Source: Octopus sinensis
Taxonomy: Eukaryota
NCBI RefSeq assembly: GCF_006345805.1
Contig: NC_043017.1
Location: forward strand, 18,724,001-18,788,000
DNA: 64,000 bases
Direction: 5' to 3'
Positions 62,461 through 64,000 of this stretch are shown piece by piece. The position numbers were made by a program, and so were the translations under genes. The first letter of the stretch is position 1, and each line of letters starts with the position of its first letter. The notes under the pieces are model-generated. The model worked only from the letters and a program-made list of their open reading frames with translations. It did no database searches and was not told the origin of the DNA.

Positions 62461-63011
62461 TTAATTGCTAACAGTATGCAGTTTAGTCCATCCGGCAGGT
62501 TCCTTTTGCATATGCAAATGGTCATGAATGATAGTTTCCACAGACCCGGTGCTAATCTTGACCTCATGGGCTATTTGGCGTATACTTATGTGTCGATCTT
62601 CCAAAATGGCAGCCTCAACTTGACGGACAGATGCCTCATCAATGGCAGAAGGGGGGCGACCAGATCTGGGAGCTGTTTTCACAGAGTTCCGACCACGTTT
62701 GAATTCACGATGCCAGCGTTTTACAAGTTCATATGATGGGGCATCATCACCATAAGTTACTTTCATTTCATCAAAAGTCTCCGTTGCTGTGCGTCCTTGC
62801 AAATACAAAAATCGGATCACTGCTCGACACTCAACAGGCTCCATTTCACACTTGACTCAGTTCAAACACCTGTAAATCAGAAACCACAATTAGTTCAGAG
62901 CTGTAATTTGCCACTTAATCTATAGAGATATAAATAATTGCACATGCAAAGTTTCAGCTAGATCAAACAACTGCAAGTGAGTCAGGGGCATTACTTATTG
63001 AACGTCCCTCG
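62461..63011 (-). mobile_element. Copy of the truncated mariner element inside the duplication (ORF 62461-62844)
   Basis: 127-aa ORF with the same truncation point and flanks as 35856-36239. Confidence 0.9.
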
Positions 63012-64000
63012 TAAGTAGAAGACACTTGCCCAAGGTGTCATGCAGTGGGACTGAACTCAGAACCATGTGGTTGAGAAGCAAACTTCTTACCATACAATCA
63101 AGCACCTGTGCTTGGGGCACATAAAAACCACCCAGCACACTCTGTAAAGTGGTTGGCATTAGGAAGGGCATCCGGCTGTAGAAACCATGCTAGAACAGAC
63201 AGCTGGAATCTGGACAGCTCCCTGATGGCCAGCGCCGTGTCAAACTGTCCAACCCATGCCAGCATGGAAAGCAGATGTTAAACAATGATGATGATGACAC
63301 ATAAAAGCACCCAGTATACTTTTGTGAAGTAGTTGGCATCAAGCCATAGTAACCAAGTAAACTGAGACTGGAACCCGGTACAGTTCTCAGGCTTACTGGT
63401 TCCGGTCAATCCGTCTAACGCATACCAGCCTGAAAAATATCACCATGCTAAGTTATCTCACCAATGTTGATATTTTTTATCTTCTTTTTCTATCTTTTGT
63501 TTCAACCATTACACTGCGGCCATGCTAGAGAATCTTTTAGTCAAATTAATTCATCCCAATACTTATCTTCTGTTAAGCACGGTACTTATTCTATCCATCT
63601 CCTTTGTCAAACCACTAAGCTATGGAGATGTAAATACACCGACACCATTATCAAGTGGGGAACAAACAGACATAACTATATATATGTGCCAAGCATGAAA
63701 CTCTTGGACCTTGGGTTACTCTATTGCTTCTGCTAAATATTAATAAAAATATATACTCATATTTTGAGTTCTATTGGTCACCCTAGAGCTGTATTACAAG
63801 ACACTTGCCTAAGATTCCAAGTAGTGGAATCAAACCTGAAACCACGTGGTTACAAAGTGAGCCTCTTGACCACATAGCCATGCCCACGCCTCATAAGATT
63901 AACAAAAAAAAAATTCGGGAGGTGAGTGGATTTGGCAGATGGAAACTGAAAGAAGCCCGTCGTATATATGTATATATATATGTGTATGTGCGTGTTTGAG

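Larger units (their letters stand above)
59833..64000 (-). repeat. Inverted, order-permuted segmental duplication of 31263-32198 and 34698-37615
   Basis: Near-identical reverse-complement matches, including duplicated ORFs in the ORF track; junction at 60763-60766. Confidence 0.95.

Overview
AT-rich, repeat-dense animal DNA, most likely octopus (inferred from the gene family and SINE types). The window is a tandem cluster of nine C2H2 zinc-finger genes, one 5'-partial and eight complete (orientation + + - - + + - - -), with 11-18 intact fingers each and no KRAB, ZAD or BTB domain. All eight complete genes share one hidden layout: a conserved non-coding upstream module ending in a splice donor, an intron of about 0.5-5.6 kb, a conserved acceptor, and a single coding exon that opens with a conserved ~35-aa leader. 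The cluster shows signs of active remodelling: patchwork identity between paralogs, a 9-finger block duplication, decayed fingers in 3' UTRs, and an inverted, circularly permuted copy of a 6.35-kb segment joined at an ATGC microhomology. Introns and spacers hold Gypsy, CRE, HERO, RTE, CR1/L2, mariner, Helitron, Ginger-like and MITE relics, many SINEs, hammerhead-ribozyme-like motifs and several long hairpins. All alignments were made by eye and repeat boundaries are approximate.
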